Below are positions 47,327 to 48,116 of a stretch of DNA of 48,116 nt, in pieces (the first letter of the stretch is position 1; each line of letters opens with the position of its first letter). Source of the stretch: Candidatus Phycocordibacter aenigmaticus (GTDB taxonomy: Bacteria > Patescibacteriota > Minisyncoccia > Phycocordibacterales > Phycocordibacteraceae); contig CP174359.1 of the NCBI GenBank assembly GCA_045401115.1, forward strand, positions 1-48,116. The letters are read 5' to 3'. Under the pieces are notes generated by a model. It was not told where the DNA came from. It ran no database searches and worked only from the letters and a program-made list of their open reading frames with translations. A program made the translations under genes and the position numbers.

Positions 47327-48116
47327 GTGTTTCGTCTTTTATTTCGCGAATGCGCCAGCCGGATAATGTCGAGCTGTGCCGGGCGAAAAGTACTCCCAGA
47401 GTAGCAAGTACCACCAAAGCTGCAAGTGCAGTGAGCCAACCAAGGATTGGCGGCAGGCCACCGGAAGGCGCGCTACTACGGGCCGTATCGGCAAGCGCCG
47501 GCGCGGCAGTGAGGGTTGTGGAGTCTATGGATTCTTCGGACGTTTCGCTTGGAGTGGCTGCTGCGGGAGAAGCGGCTGGCTGTGTGACACGCTTTTTGGC
47601 GGTCGGCGGTGTGTGGGAGCGATTAATAAAAAGCGGGTATTGGTATGATGTCGCAACGACGCCGTTTGGATACTGTAGCGCAACGGTTTCAGGTTGAGCG
47701 CCGGAAAGACCGGTGTGTTTGTTTGAAATAAATACGGTTTGCCCGTCGGCAATGATGGTGTGCTGTGGGAACTGGAACTGCGTGCCGGCGCTAAAGAGGA
47801 TCCAACCACCGATGTCTACCTCTACCCCGCTTTCATTTTTTAAGGCAATGTATTTGTGCGTTACTTCGGGAATTGAAATGCGTGCCGGGATAGCGTTGAT
47901 ATGCACACGGTCATTGGCACTGTAGTGACCACTAACTGCGTTCACATACACTATGTAAGCGCCGGGATAGAGAAAGTGGTGTGCAACCCGCGCACCCTCG
48001 GCACGCGATCCGTCGCCAAAGCTCCACACAACACGCGCGTTTTCTATTGGTTCATTTTCAAAGCCAAGTACCTGCGCATTGAACGTACTGTCGGCACCCA
48101 CGAACACAGTGCGGTC
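47316..48116 (-). CDS. Surface protein with PKD domain, lamin-tail-like domain, P/S/T linker and C-terminal TM (5' end outside window)
   Basis: VWSFGDGS...H.F..PG.Y.V (PKD); IALKN...VDIGGW (LTD-like); TM ILGWLTALAALVVLATLGVLF; frame open to 48116. Confidence 0.85.
   Translation of the reverse strand, partial: DRTVFVGADSTFNAQVLGFENEPIENARVVWSFGDGSRAEGARVAHHFLYPGAYIVYVNAVSGHYSANDRVHINAIPARISIPEVTHKYIALKNESGVEVDIGGWILFSAGTQFQFPQHTIIADGQTVFISNKHTGLSGAQPETVALQYPNGVVATSYQYPLFINRSHTPPTAKKRVTQPAASPAAATPSETSEESIDSTTLTAAPALADTARSSAPSGGLPPILGWLTALAALVVLATLGVLFARHSSTLSGWRIREIKDETHDD

Noticed and set aside
1-48116. tRNA/rRNA genes and TGA recoding (code 25)
   Set aside because: No cloverleaf or rRNA signatures noticed by eye (tRNAscan-SE/barrnap would be decisive). 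Several clear genes (e.g. 30171, 39497, 44694) end at TGA, and conserved genes translate fully under code 11.

Overview
Bacterial chromosomal window that looks like Patescibacteria/CPR (Parcubacteria-like). This is inferred from the gene styles, the near-leaderless promoters and the N-terminal HTH-TM giant protein; TGA is used as a stop, so code 11. Almost all genes lie on the minus strand. The left 10.8 kb is one giant (>=3596 aa) S/T/G-rich repetitive surface protein that the ORF track missed because it runs off the window. It is preceded by two smaller paralogous HTH+TM genes. Housekeeping genes follow (gatB, obgE, secA, murB), with a four-helix-bundle (Avd/23S-IVS-like) gene, a 4-TM holin-family gene, a histone H1-like protein and an AbrB/RelE toxin-antitoxin pair. 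A ~26 kb surface-glycan region comes next: O-antigen-ligase/TPR, flippase, seven intact GT4 glycosyltransferases, methyltransferases, gmd, an NDP-sugar C-methyltransferase, GtrA, HADs, YvcK and an epimerase, with a low-GC core. The main unexplained structure is non-coding. (i) A family of degenerate 7-bp arrays (TRGNARG) flanks the four-helix-bundle gene in inverted orientation, sits at the 5' ends of several other genes, and has entered one CDS in frame. (ii) A family of short palindromes has a conserved core and variable but self-complementary arms. (iii) A composite of both occurs twice, 17 kb apart.
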